A stretch of DNA of 41,883 nt. Source: Craspedostauros australis (lineage: Eukaryota). Positions within the stretch are counted from its first letter, which is position 1, and each line of letters starts with the position of its first letter. The DNA is taken from the NCBI GenBank assembly GCA_030167865.1, contig JALAGF010006341.1:1-41883 (forward strand). Reading direction: 5' to 3'. Positions 1-10,728 of the stretch are shown one piece after another. Both the position numbers and the translations under genes were made by a program. A model generated the notes under the pieces. That model was not told the origin of the DNA, did no database searches, and saw only the letters and a list, made by a program, of their open reading frames with translations.

Positions 1-49
1 TGCAGCCACCATCCAGCAGGATACACAGCTGACCATTCAATATCGCGAA

Positions 50-2620
50 GTGGGTGGGGTGCCTCGGCCCTTTGTGGTGCTGAAATATCGGCCTCCAGTG
101 GCCATTGGAGCAAAGGGGGGTATTGCAAAGGCCATTTGCAACCTTCAGGCGACCCGCTTCGTCGATGCAGCACAGAAGGCACAAGCACACGACCTGCAAA
201 TGCAGAAGGCCGGTTTTGCAAAGGGGCACTGGTGCGAAATGCTCGTGCCAATGCCCTTCGCTATCGACACCATGTTCTGCCCATCCGCTTGCGGCACGCT
301 GGGGGGCGTTGTCTGGCTCAATCATGTGATGCCAGACAACAATGGGGAACCACGTAAAGTCCTCATCTTGTCGACGAGGGTGAAGGAGAAGACAACAACT
401 GTGGGAATGACGTGCAGGTTTTCAAAAATGCATGCACTTGGTTTCAACTCAGGCGGAACCAATCCCATCGAAAAAGGGGCCAAGTCACAAATGCTACCTT
501 CACAGTCACACAGAATCCCCCAATGCACAGACAACAACAGCAACTCCAGCAACCCACCATCTGCCAGCAATGCCCAGAAGGTGACCCCATGGCCGCAACC
601 CTTGCAACCCAGGAGCCCAATGGGCAGCCGCATTCAACGACGCTTCCAATCGCCAAGAACGACACAGAATCTCCGCACCCTTGGAGCACGCAACATGCTT
701 CATGGAGACGATCAATCAGTCACAACGCAGGTGACTCAGGTGTTNNNNNNNNNNNNNNNNNNNNNNNNNNNGAGGGTGGCCGAACTTGAGCTGAGGGTGG
801 CACTGCGAAAGCAGGCTGCCAGAGAAAGGGCAGAGCTGAGACGGCAAGGACAGCTCAACCAGAGCCGTCCAGGAATGGTGGTGACTGGTGGTACAGCTTC
901 TGATGAGGCTACCAGAAACCTTCCTGATGGTGTCTTCAACAAAATGGACGACCTCACCAGACCGTATTTCGTAAAGGGCCCAGGATCAGTCCAGCACCCG
1001 GCAATGATGCAAAATGGTCAGACTGGGACGGGCAACATGCAGTCGACGAATCTGCAGCAACTCAGCACAGGGCAGATCCTTCCGCACGGACGGGAGNNNN
1101 NNNNNNNNNNNNNNNNNNNNNNNNNNNNNNNNNNNNNNNNNNNNNNGACCTATAATGTTGTAGGCCTACAGTGCGCGCCAGCCAGTCGAAGAACGCGCCG
1201 GCATGGCCATGTGCTCACCATCCGTGTCTCGCCGAACTGGTAGAGTTACGCGTATTTGTTGTATCATCGATATTCAAATTTGGGTCTATGAAAGTACCAT
1301 ATTACCCACATATAACGTTACGCGCCAGCCGGCTCTTCTTCGCGCCAGCATGGCTGCGCGTTTTGCATCCGAATGCACGTGACTGAATGTCCCCCTCGAC
1401 GTCCACCTGAATGTCCCCCTTCGCTTTTTTTGTCTCCCTCAATGTCCCCCTCAATGTCCCCCTTCGCTTTTTTGTCCTCCTCAATGTCCCCCTTCGCTTA
1501 TGTGTCCTACTCCGTGTCCATCGAATGTCTGCTGTTGTTCATCTTCAATTGCTTTCTTGTTGGCTCAAGAGGAAGAGAGAGAGAAACAGGTGGCACGAAC
1601 ATCAGCATCAAAATCGTACAAGTGTGGTGAGGAGAGTTGTCGGGAATCTCATTAATCCGGCGCATTGTTAACGTGCGGATGTGCAAGTTACACATGACAA
1701 ACGCAAGCTGCCGCAAGCGAAAGATCCCAAGAGGACATGGAGGGGGACAAAAAAGCGAAGGGGGACGTTGAGGGGGACATTGAGGGGGACAAAAAAGCGA
1801 AGGGGGACATTCAGGTGGACGTCGAGGGGGACATTCAGTCACGTGTATTCGGATGCAAAACGCGCAGCCATTCTGGCGCGAAGAAGAGCCGGCTGGCGCG
1901 TAACGTAATATGTGGGTAATATGGTACTTTCATAGACCCAAATTTGAATATCGATGATACCACAAATACGCGTAACTCTACCAGTTCGGTGAGACACGGA
2001 TGGTGAGCACATGGCCATGCCGGCGCGTTCTTCGACTGGCTGGCGCGCACTGTAGGCCTACAACATTATAGGTCTATCTAAGTACCTTCTCGTTTGGGCC
2101 TACTGGGGACAATTTACCGTGCGCCCCAGCAACAACAACACCTCAGATGTCTCCTCCACCAACACGAGTTGTTTATCCATGTGAAGGAATGCTGGTCCTT
2201 GCAGACCAAGCCAACAAACTGACAGAGGCAGCAGCGGTGGGAGCAGCAGCAGCAGAAGCAACCAACCTTGCAACTGCAACAACCACCATCACAGCGGGGT
2301 CCACAGCTGTAAATACGAATCAGAATCCGGAAGGAGAGAATGTGAGGCAATCCGCAGGCAGTGCAGGAGCTCAGATGACCAGTCAGGAGGTGCCAAACCA
2401 ACCTGAAGGCGGAGGGGATGGGCCAACAACCAACAACTCGCTGGACGAAGATGTTGAGATAGTGCAGGACCCAACAGCACCATTGAATGCTACAGAAGCA
2501 CCATGGAATGATGCAGAAGCACCATTGAATGTTGACGAGGCATTGGACATGACTGGAGATGGAGAGAGGCAGGGTGACAATGGAGGCAGTGACGGAAACG
2601 AGCATGACACAACAAACTAA
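50..2620 (+). pseudogene. Hypothetical low-complexity ORF, probably disrupted by the inverted-repeat element (segments ~50-1096 and 2075-2620)
   Basis: Frame reads to ...PHGRE (GAG 1094-1096) before a 50-N gap. Right after the element's right end, 2075 opens a stop-free frame (YLSTFSFGPTGDNLP...MSPPP...HDTTN*, stop 2618-2620). No recognisable domain; N gaps obscure the junctions. Confidence 0.3.
1147..2074. mobile_element. Non-autonomous DNA transposon (MITE/foldback-like) with ~345-bp terminal inverted repeats
   Basis: 1147-~1490 is the reverse complement of ~1731-2074 (GACCTATAATGTTGTAGGCCTACAGTG... / ...CACTGTAGGCCTACAACATTATAGGTC), with about 5 mismatches in the outer ~235 bp. Inner arms carry tandem AATGTCCCCCT subrepeats around a ~240-bp spacer. 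No transposase ORF. TA follows the right end; the left flank lies in an N gap. Confidence 0.8.
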
Positions 2621-2911
2621 GCAGCAANNNNNNNNNNNNNNNNNNNNNNNNNNNNNNNNNNNNNNNNNNNNNNNNNNCAAACCAACCTGAAGGCGGAGGG
2701 GATGGGCCAACAACCAACAACTCGTTGGTCGAAGATGTTGAGATAGTGCAGGACCCAACAGTACCATTGAATGCTGCAGAAGCACCATGGAATGCTGCAG
2801 AAGCACCATTGAATGTTGACGAGGCAATGGACATGACCGGAGATGGAGAGAGGCAGGGTGACAATGGGGGCAGTGACGGAAACGAGCATGACACAACAAA
2901 CTAAGCAGCAA
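2394..2911 (+). repeat. 234-bp direct duplication (2394-2627 and 2678-2911) separated by a 50-N gap
   Basis: The copies align end to end with 8 substitutions by my count; each holds a ~21-bp internal repeat (GCACCAT(T/G)GAATG...). Confidence 0.85.
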
Positions 2912-5509
2912 CAACGTGAGAAATAGATACACACCTTTGAAGAATCTATTGTGGATGTAGTGTGCTCATGATAGTCGGAACAAACGAGGAAGTACTGAAT
3001 GGTTGATTTGTACCACAAGAAGAATGACATTGTGTGGGTAGTGGGAGAGTAGAAGGAAGCACAAGTTGGCCATGACAATGAGGAATGTCCGGACAACACA
3101 CACGATCAGGCGACAGGGTGTAAAAGTCAAAAATGGAGCCACGAATCTGGGTTTTGCATAAATCAGGATGATTGTGCAAACAACTGACAGGAAGAAGGCT
3201 GAAAGATGGCAAATTTTCAGTTTGGTTNTTGACTTTTGGACTGTAGATTATGGAAGAAACTGTTGTTGCCTTATCATGGGAAATGAAAAATTACCGTCTT
3301 TCCCCCCCCCCCCTGGTGGGGAGGTGCATTGTGAGTATGATGTGATGTGTACCAACAATTCTCTTGGGTTCTCGATGTTGTTGTTGTTGTTGTGGCCTGT
3401 GAAGTATCTTTCGTGTCACCGCCAGCCTCTCGCGCTTCCGCTCTCGGTTCTGTTTCGGGGGCAGAAGGGAACAGTGTCGTGTCGGGATTGTGCTTGTACG
3501 ACACACAACAGAAAAATCGTGTCGCTCGGTTGGATGTTGGAGAGTTGGCGTCCTCGCAACGAATCTTCCCTGTGACTCAAGTCTCCATGTGTTTCCATGA
3601 TTGGGGGTGTTGTTGTTTCGCGTGTGGCCATCTGGTTTGGTGTCAAGGATTGGATGTCCCGCACAAGCACGAATGCCCTTTCCCAACACTCGCACGGGTG
3701 CGCCATTCCGCGACTGTTGTGGTCAGTGATGATTGAAGGAAAGATTGACTGGATATTGTGTCGCAGTCGGAGAGCAAACTTACAGGAACGCGCTCACAGG
3801 TCATTCCTCTGCAACTGCTGACAGGATAGTGATTCATCGTGTCGAAGTTTTGGATGGTTCAAAACTCCAGCATGTGCACATGCAAGAGAGGGAACGGAGG
3901 AGAGAGAGAGAGAGAGTAGTCGGAGGAGGAGACCTGAATTGAACTTTGACTGCACTGCACTTCGCAAGAGACGACATCGGGGCAAAAGGGAAGTTGGCCG
4001 CAAGACTTCGCCGCAGCAATTGAGCATGTGGCCGGTTTGTTCTCCACTTTGCGAGGATCCTTCTCCCACATCATGGGACGCAAACGCATTGGCTATCTTG
4101 AGAGCAATCGGACAGCACTTGAAGGAGGGGCACAGTGTAGGACATGTACCTTTGAATGATATCCGTGGTGCCCTACTAGGTATACAAGTGACGAGCACTA
4201 ACATGCCTGTTGATGATGTCGCTTGCAGCTCCATTTCAAGCGGGCAATGGATTGAATCTCGTCGCTTGTACTCATGCGCAAACTCTCCGCATTTCTCAAA
4301 TTCAAACCTGCCGCTCTCTCTGTCTCTGTCTAACAGTGTGAGAGATGGAGAGTAGAACAGAGTGGAGTGGAGTGGAGTAGAGAAGAGAAGAGAAGAGAAG
4401 CGCCATCATCTTGGTGACAACCAACATGAACAATGAATGACAATGGATTCGCGTTTGTGCAAGCCATTGAGCACTCCTGGAGTTGGGATGACCTCTCTCC
4501 CTCTGCTCGGAGATGACGAACAGGTAAAATACGCTGGAGTGCAGTGGAGCATCCGTGAATTCGGCGCAGTCCGAGTACTAGGTGGTATGGCACGAACAAT
4601 GTAATCCACCATTGCAACCAGGAAGGATGCAATGGTCACCATCGTGCAGTCGTGGAGTTCTTTCGTTTGAGAATGGACGAAGTCGCCACTAATTTTTGGC
4701 AGTGGGAATTTTAAAATAGTGGAGCGAGGTGGCGGGTGGTCGCCCTGCTCGTTGGTGCACGTAGCATGTCTCACACATTCAACACATCTCACAGCATTGG
4801 CCTTGCGTGAATAAATTAGGTCTTGTTGTGTCAGGGTCAGTTGTGTCTCTGTCGGCGCATCGACGCGCTTACTCGCCACATTTCCACCAAATTTTGGAGG
4901 GGGTGCGCTTAATTGTGTTGAAATGTCGGCAATTGTGTCCATGAAACTCGACACCGTCGCGTCCAACAACCCGCGCCACCCTCCAAATGTGGCTGCACGG
5001 TAAAAGAACGACAACGAGGAACACAGAGAAAACGATGAGGCGAAGCCCGAACAGGGCAGGACGCGACCAGGAAGGGCAAGAAACGCATGACATGGCGCGT
5101 TTGGCTCTCTGTGTGGTTCCAGTAGTTGCGGTAGCTGCGCCTGGCTGCCTCGCGAAGAAGGAGCAGAGAGCGCCATCCTCCCCTGTTTCGCAACCTCAGT
5201 GCGCGTTCAGCTATTCCGCGAATCCATCGTCACACCTTTGTCATCCACCACGAGGGTGTCATCTCTCTTGATCGCCATCTCCATCGCCATCTCCATCGCC
5301 ATCGTGCGAGTACCAATACTGGCGGGGTCCAACGTCCGAGTATTATTCTCGTAAGCATCGCCGTAAACATCGCAATCACCAGCACTGCTTCAGAGATCAA
5401 CGGCAGCATAGATCACAACAGACACAACAGACGCAACGGTCACCAACGCAACGACTTCTCTTGCACTCCGACAAGGCACGCAATCTCGTCCCATCTCCAA
5501 AGTTAAGCA

Positions 5510-5531
5510 GTGTGTGTGTGTGTGTGTGTGT
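5510..5531. repeat. (GT)11 microsatellite
   Basis: Read directly; lies upstream of the TPR gene. Confidence 0.9.
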
Positions 5532-5744
5532 CATTCCTCGCATTGGCACCAATAGTCAGTCGTACGTTGAGAAGGGCTCCTCCAACCATCCCACCAAGCA
5601 AGCTTCCGGATGCACAGCAATACCATTCTCAAACACGCAGAATAGAGCAGAGCAGTATCCTGTAGTAGCTCGTACCATACCAACACTCTTGCCAAGGAAC
5701 CACTCGACCAATCACTCGACCAGGCCATCAGACAAGCACTGAGA

Positions 5745-8741
5745 ATGATGAAGTCAAGATCATCCTTCCGATTGTCCAAGCGCGGCTCTCCGAGCGTCAA
5801 GTTCTCAAGTCTCCGAGACGACGGGTTTGACGACGACCGGTACGAAGAGAAGCAGATGGACGGCCCCCTCTCTCCCACCAATGTCAGAGACTTCCCTGCC
5901 GCCACCCCGGCTGCGGCTGCTTCGTCCCCAGGATCCAAGTCGCCAAAGGCCAAGTTCGCGCCATCCAAGATCACACGATCATCCTCCACAGCTTCCGCGC
6001 CACCAGCACCCGGCAAGGCAGCCAAGAGTCCAGGCCGCAGCGTCGTCGGCGGAGGTGGCGCCTTCCGCCGCATGAGCAGAGGCAGGCGGAGCAATGGATT
6101 GGGACGGTCGAGATCGAGATCCGTCGGGAGCAGAAGCACCGGCAGGAGCCGAAGTCGCAGCGCCAGCAGGAGCCACAGCAGCCGCGGCACCAGCCAAGCC
6201 AGGGACACCGCTCATTCGCGCAGTCGCAGTCGCAGTCAGAGTCGCACTCGCAGGAATGGCGACAACAGCAATAGCAACAGCAACAACAACAACAACAGCA
6301 GCAACAGCACCAACACCGCCAACACTGTTGCCCCAAAGAGCAGCATGAGCTCCAACCCAAAGTACAACAAAACGGCGGCGAAGGCTGCGGCCCCCGCCGC
6401 GGCCTCCCGATCGACCAACTCGCGCAAGAACAAGCAGCAGAAACAGAACCAGCCATCTCCGAGGCGGCTGTTCAGCAACCTGGGCCTTCGCTTTTCGAAG
6501 AACCGCGGTCAGGACAAGGCCAAGCTCGATTCCTCAACGAGCAGCACGGAGGATGTCGTCGCCCACGAAGAGCCCGACTCTGCTGTTGCGGCAGTGGAGG
6601 AGGATCCTGTTATGAAGATCTTCGAATCCAGAAACACGCAGAGGGTTCGCTTCTCCTTCGATGTGGAGGCCAGCGCACCTTCGAAGCCACGCGGCAAGGC
6701 TGCCAAGTCTGGATCGTCGTCGGAGCGCTCATCCGGCAACAACGTCAAGCAGTTCATGTCGCGCGCGCTGTTCGGCGGCAACAAATCCTCGAGGCGCCTC
6801 AATGAGGAGATGAAGCGCGAGGTGGCTGCGGCTGGGGGAGACTCCATCGTCTGGGCCAGCGCGGACACTCCGTCAGGACCGGAGGTCGTGCACACCCAGA
6901 GGACGTCGCCCAGCAAATCGAACAACGGCTTCGTTGTCAGCTTCACGGAGGATCCAAAGGCGCGCGCCACCGTCACAAAGCTCCTCAGCAAGGCCCGCAG
7001 GGCGGAGCACATACACTTCCGCTACGAATACGCAGTCAAGTGCTACGTCAAGGCGCTAGACATACTCAAGAAGGCTAAGTACCCGCAGGATCACCCGACC
7101 GTCGCCATGACGGTCAGCCTCCTCAACACCGCACACCACGTGCTCAGCTCATACAACAACAGCGCCAGCATCGTCAAGATGGGCATCAAGTACGAGGATG
7201 CCGGCGAGCTTGTGCGCGCCCTCAAGATGTACACCATCGCCTACCGCATCCGACGCGACAACCTCAATCGCAACCACCCGAGTCTCGTCGTCCTCCTCAA
7301 CATGCTCGGAAGCGTGCAGATCAAGCGTAACGAGCTCAAGGAGGCGATGCAGATATACGAGCTGGCACTGAAGGATGCGCCGGTCATCTTCAGCAAGGAG
7401 GAGGAGGATCATCAGGAGATCAAGCCGCCCACGGCAAACCTCCTCGCCAAGAGCGTCACCTACCGCGAGATGGGGGTCATCTACGAACGCATTGGCAACA
7501 ACGATGATGCCCTCAAATCGTACCACAAGAGTCTGGAATGCGTTGCGGAGTGGAAGGAGGCCGTGTGTGGCGACGAGTTCCCATCGTTTCACGGACGTCA
7601 CGGCAGCGGTCGCAGCTTCTCAGGGCACAGCCATTCGGATGCAAGTGCCATGGACGGCACGACCATACGTGCGCCCAGTGCCCATCATGCCAGTCATAGC
7701 TACAACACCAACCCCGATTCCAGCAGCATCCTCAACAGCAGCGGAATCCTCAACAACGACATTCTCAGCACAAACGACAGCAGCGATAAAGAGAATGGCG
7801 GCATGGAGAGTCCCATCAACGGCGTTCAACTCGCACCCTGCAGCTCCAGCAAGAATGAGGACGGAAACGAAGCCGAGGTCGGCGAGATGGAGCTCTACCT
7901 GTCGCCAGAGGCAGTCAGCGCATCGGCCAAATCCAACATGTACGAATCCTTCTTCCCGCTTCGGTTAGAGGGCGAGATCGAGAAGACGACGCCAAGCGCG
8001 ACGGCAAACGATTCCTTCGCTGACATGGACCTGGCGCTCACCATCCACCGCATCGCCCAGTTGCACCGCTGCCAAGGCAAGTTCTCCGAAGCCTTGGATG
8101 CCTACGAAATCGCACTGCGAGGCATGAAGTACGCATCCGGCAAGTACCATCCGAATGTGGCCGCGGTTCTGGGCAACATCGGCAACTTGCAGAAGGAGAT
8201 GGGCAACATGGACGCCGCCTACAAGACCTACCAGGAAGTGCTCGGCATCGAATCCTACTGCCTGGGACTCAGCCATCCCGACGTTGCCATCACGCTGCAC
8301 AACATCGCCACGATCGACGCCGCCAAGGGCAACTACGACCACGCCCTGACGCTGTATCGCAAGGTTCTGGGGCTGCAGAAGAAGCTGTTCGGTGAAGATC
8401 ACATCTCCGTCTCCATCACGGCTGCCTGCATGGGAGACGTGTACGAACGCCTCGGCGAGCTCAAGAATGCAATCGAGATCTACGAGGAGGCCGTGCGCAT
8501 CAAATCCGCGGCGGTTGGTCGGCATTCCCTGGAAGTCGCGCGAATTCTGCACAAGCTCGGCAAGCTTTCCATCGTCCGCAAGGAATTTCACATGGCCGAG
8601 TCCTTCATCTCACGATCCGTCCTGATCTACAGACTCAACAAGCTCGGCGACGACCACGAATGGATCGTGGATGCTTACCGTGATGCGGCCGACATTGACG
8701 CCGCTCTTGCCATGGGCGAAGGTCGCCATTTTGAATGCTGA
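5745..8741 (+). CDS. TPR-repeat protein (kinesin-light-chain/nephrocystin-3-like TPR type) with RS/Ser/Asn-rich disordered N-terminus, 998 aa
   Basis: Uninterrupted ORF with coding-like codon use. Repeated ~42-aa helical units with HP motifs: YHPNVAAVLGNIGNLQKEMGNMDAAYKTYQEVL, SHPDVAITLHNIATIDAAKGNYDHALTLYRKVL, DHISVSITAACMGDVYERLGELKNAIEIYEEAV, plus an earlier cluster NHPSLVVLLNMLGSVQIKRNELKEAMQIYELAL. Confidence 0.85.
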   Translation: MMKSRSSFRLSKRGSPSVKFSSLRDDGFDDDRYEEKQMDGPLSPTNVRDFPAATPAAAASSPGSKSPKAKFAPSKITRSSSTASAPPAPGKAAKSPGRSVVGGGGAFRRMSRGRRSNGLGRSRSRSVGSRSTGRSRSRSASRSHSSRGTSQARDTAHSRSRSRSQSRTRRNGDNSNSNSNNNNNSSNSTNTANTVAPKSSMSSNPKYNKTAAKAAAPAAASRSTNSRKNKQQKQNQPSPRRLFSNLGLRFSKNRGQDKAKLDSSTSSTEDVVAHEEPDSAVAAVEEDPVMKIFESRNTQRVRFSFDVEASAPSKPRGKAAKSGSSSERSSGNNVKQFMSRALFGGNKSSRRLNEEMKREVAAAGGDSIVWASADTPSGPEVVHTQRTSPSKSNNGFVVSFTEDPKARATVTKLLSKARRAEHIHFRYEYAVKCYVKALDILKKAKYPQDHPTVAMTVSLLNTAHHVLSSYNNSASIVKMGIKYEDAGELVRALKMYTIAYRIRRDNLNRNHPSLVVLLNMLGSVQIKRNELKEAMQIYELALKDAPVIFSKEEEDHQEIKPPTANLLAKSVTYREMGVIYERIGNNDDALKSYHKSLECVAEWKEAVCGDEFPSFHGRHGSGRSFSGHSHSDASAMDGTTIRAPSAHHASHSYNTNPDSSSILNSSGILNNDILSTNDSSDKENGGMESPINGVQLAPCSSSKNEDGNEAEVGEMELYLSPEAVSASAKSNMYESFFPLRLEGEIEKTTPSATANDSFADMDLALTIHRIAQLHRCQGKFSEALDAYEIALRGMKYASGKYHPNVAAVLGNIGNLQKEMGNMDAAYKTYQEVLGIESYCLGLSHPDVAITLHNIATIDAAKGNYDHALTLYRKVLGLQKKLFGEDHISVSITAACMGDVYERLGELKNAIEIYEEAVRIKSAAVGRHSLEVARILHKLGKLSIVRKEFHMAESFISRSVLIYRLNKLGDDHEWIVDAYRDAADIDAALAMGEGRHFEC

Positions 8742-9077
8742 AAGTGGTACTGCGCTGGTGTCGCCACCAACTATTATATTATATTGCGTCAACCACTCCA
8801 ATGCTCCACTTTTTGTTGTTTTCTACCGCATGCATAGCAAAGCAGATCTTGAAGAATGCGGACAGTTCACATAAAGTCAGCGCCGCAAAGTTCGATGAGG
8901 CATCCGAAGGGTTGCCCGCCTCAAACCAATCAAGTGGGGGAAACGAATCTTTTTTGTGTTCCACCATTCCCGAACCCTCTCAGACGTAGAAAGAGAACAC
9001 TCTCCGTCACGAGGCACCCCAACCAACCAACCACCTGATACGCACACAACGCAACGCAAACTACGAACAGAGAGTAC

Positions 9078-10448
9078 ATGGCCCTCGCGACAACAAAAGT
9101 CATTCAGGTGCCACACTTGCGCAAACAAACAAGCATGCTGCTTCATCCTCATCTCAAGCCTTCGTCATCTTTTGCACGTCGCAGGTTGGTGGCTGCATTT
9201 GTTGGAACGCAACGAGCACTTCAGATCCGCCAGCGATCGTACCACGAACTGTCGTACGCCCAAAACGGTGAACCAAGAGATGTGTTGCGCTTTCGTTCCG
9301 ATCCATATTCAGCCGATGCACGGTCATTTTCTGATCGCGACAGGCGCGCTAACGACACAGTCGTCGTCGATATGAAGTATGCACCGCTTAATCCAGCCGA
9401 TATCAACACGATACAAGGAAGGTATCCGTTGCCTCATGCTTCCTTGGGCAAGGATACCACCGCGACGAGCTCTTTGGATCCTGGTCATCGTGTGGCAGGT
9501 TCCGAAGGAATCGGTCGCGTCGTTGAGACATCATCGCCGGATGACTATCCCCTGGATACGCTGGTTGCAATATGCTATCCTGGTCAAGGCACCTTTCGTT
9601 CCACGCTTTCCGTTCCAAAGGATCGTCTCATCTGCATCCCGCGCGGCGAAGAACTGCTGCAACGGCACGGCGCTGGAGCAGGTTGCCTGTACCAACTTGG
9701 TGGGACGGCATTGCGAATGCTCACGGACTTCGTTCCCATTCAAGCTGGCGATATCATCGTGCAAAATGGCGGAACCTCGGGTGTGGGCGTCATGGTATCG
9801 CAGCTGGCCTCATCGCTGTTTGGTGCACAGGTCATCAGCATTGTACGGCGCGGCGAACGCAACGCGCAGCAATTCAAGTCGTTGCAAGCATACCTGTGCA
9901 CGCATGCCAAGGCCGCAATCGTTGTGGCTGAAGAGGATCTCACAGATCGCGAAGGAATTCACAAGCTCCGAGAACAGATGTCCCAATTGTCGTCATCAAC
10001 ATCGCCGTCGACCAACGTTCCACTGGCATTGAATTGCATCGGAGGTCCAAGCGCGAAGAACTTACTTCGTTTGCTCGATCCTCATGGTACCATGGTGACG
10101 TACGGAGGTATGTCCATGCAACCCGTTTCGGTGGCGACATCTCAATTCATCTTTCAGGATCAACGGTTGCGTGGATACTGGCATGGGCGTTGGCTGCTTC
10201 AAAACAGCTTGGATCAACGGCAGACGATGGTGGACGAGATCACAAACGCGGTGTTGGACAGTGGCGTCCAGTGTCCGCCGCATGAATGCGTACCATTGGC
10301 AGAGTTTGAGCAAGCTCTGAGACGAATGGATAGCAACGGTCACGATGAAGATGGTAGTGGTGGCGACAGCGGCGATGGGAATGGTGTCGATGCAAACATC
10401 CGTCGCAAGATCATCTTTGATTGTCAAGAACAACTTGACAGATCGTAA
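9078..10448 (+). CDS. MECR: Mitochondrial trans-2-enoyl-ACP/CoA reductase (MDR superfamily, Etr1/MECR-like)
   Basis: Motifs PLNPADINTIQGRY (catalytic Tyr), AGSEGIG, VQNGGTSGVG (nucleotide binding), LALNCIGG, MVTYGGMS and FIFQDQRLRGYW. Arg-rich, acid-free N-terminus resembles a mitochondrial presequence. The true start could be a slightly downstream ATG. Confidence 0.88.
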   Translation: MALATTKVIQVPHLRKQTSMLLHPHLKPSSSFARRRLVAAFVGTQRALQIRQRSYHELSYAQNGEPRDVLRFRSDPYSADARSFSDRDRRANDTVVVDMKYAPLNPADINTIQGRYPLPHASLGKDTTATSSLDPGHRVAGSEGIGRVVETSSPDDYPLDTLVAICYPGQGTFRSTLSVPKDRLICIPRGEELLQRHGAGAGCLYQLGGTALRMLTDFVPIQAGDIIVQNGGTSGVGVMVSQLASSLFGAQVISIVRRGERNAQQFKSLQAYLCTHAKAAIVVAEEDLTDREGIHKLREQMSQLSSSTSPSTNVPLALNCIGGPSAKNLLRLLDPHGTMVTYGGMSMQPVSVATSQFIFQDQRLRGYWHGRWLLQNSLDQRQTMVDEITNAVLDSGVQCPPHECVPLAEFEQALRRMDSNGHDEDGSGGDSGDGNGVDANIRRKIIFDCQEQLDRS

Positions 10449-10728
10449 TTGCGCAGTGGTACGAGTACAAAGCAATGCGTTACAACGCATTGATGGAGGA
10501 CGAAAACACTATTCCATGTAAGAGTGGTGTCGAAGCGCTACGTGTACTGCGAGAATGATGTATGCTCGGGTGGGTGCAGCATGATGGCTCTCATGCTTGT
10601 AGAGCAGAGGATTCATATGTAGAGTAGAGCAGAGTATGGATATTCTGGAGTACTCTAGTAATCTAATCGCTGACTGACCCCCATCGGGATATGTTTCAAC
10701 TCAACATCACCATTCATCTCGTTGGCGT

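Noticed and set aside
1171..2050. Mirror-image 71-aa ORFs (1171-1386 + and 1835-2050 -) and other small ORFs in the element
   Set aside because: By-products of the inverted repeat; no transposase motifs.
3168..5271. Several 130-256-aa ORFs (e.g. 4406-5176 minus, 3794-4234 minus)
   Set aside because: No recognisable motifs, mostly non-ATG starts and interspersed microsatellites. A degenerate or spliced gene cannot be excluded but is unsupported.
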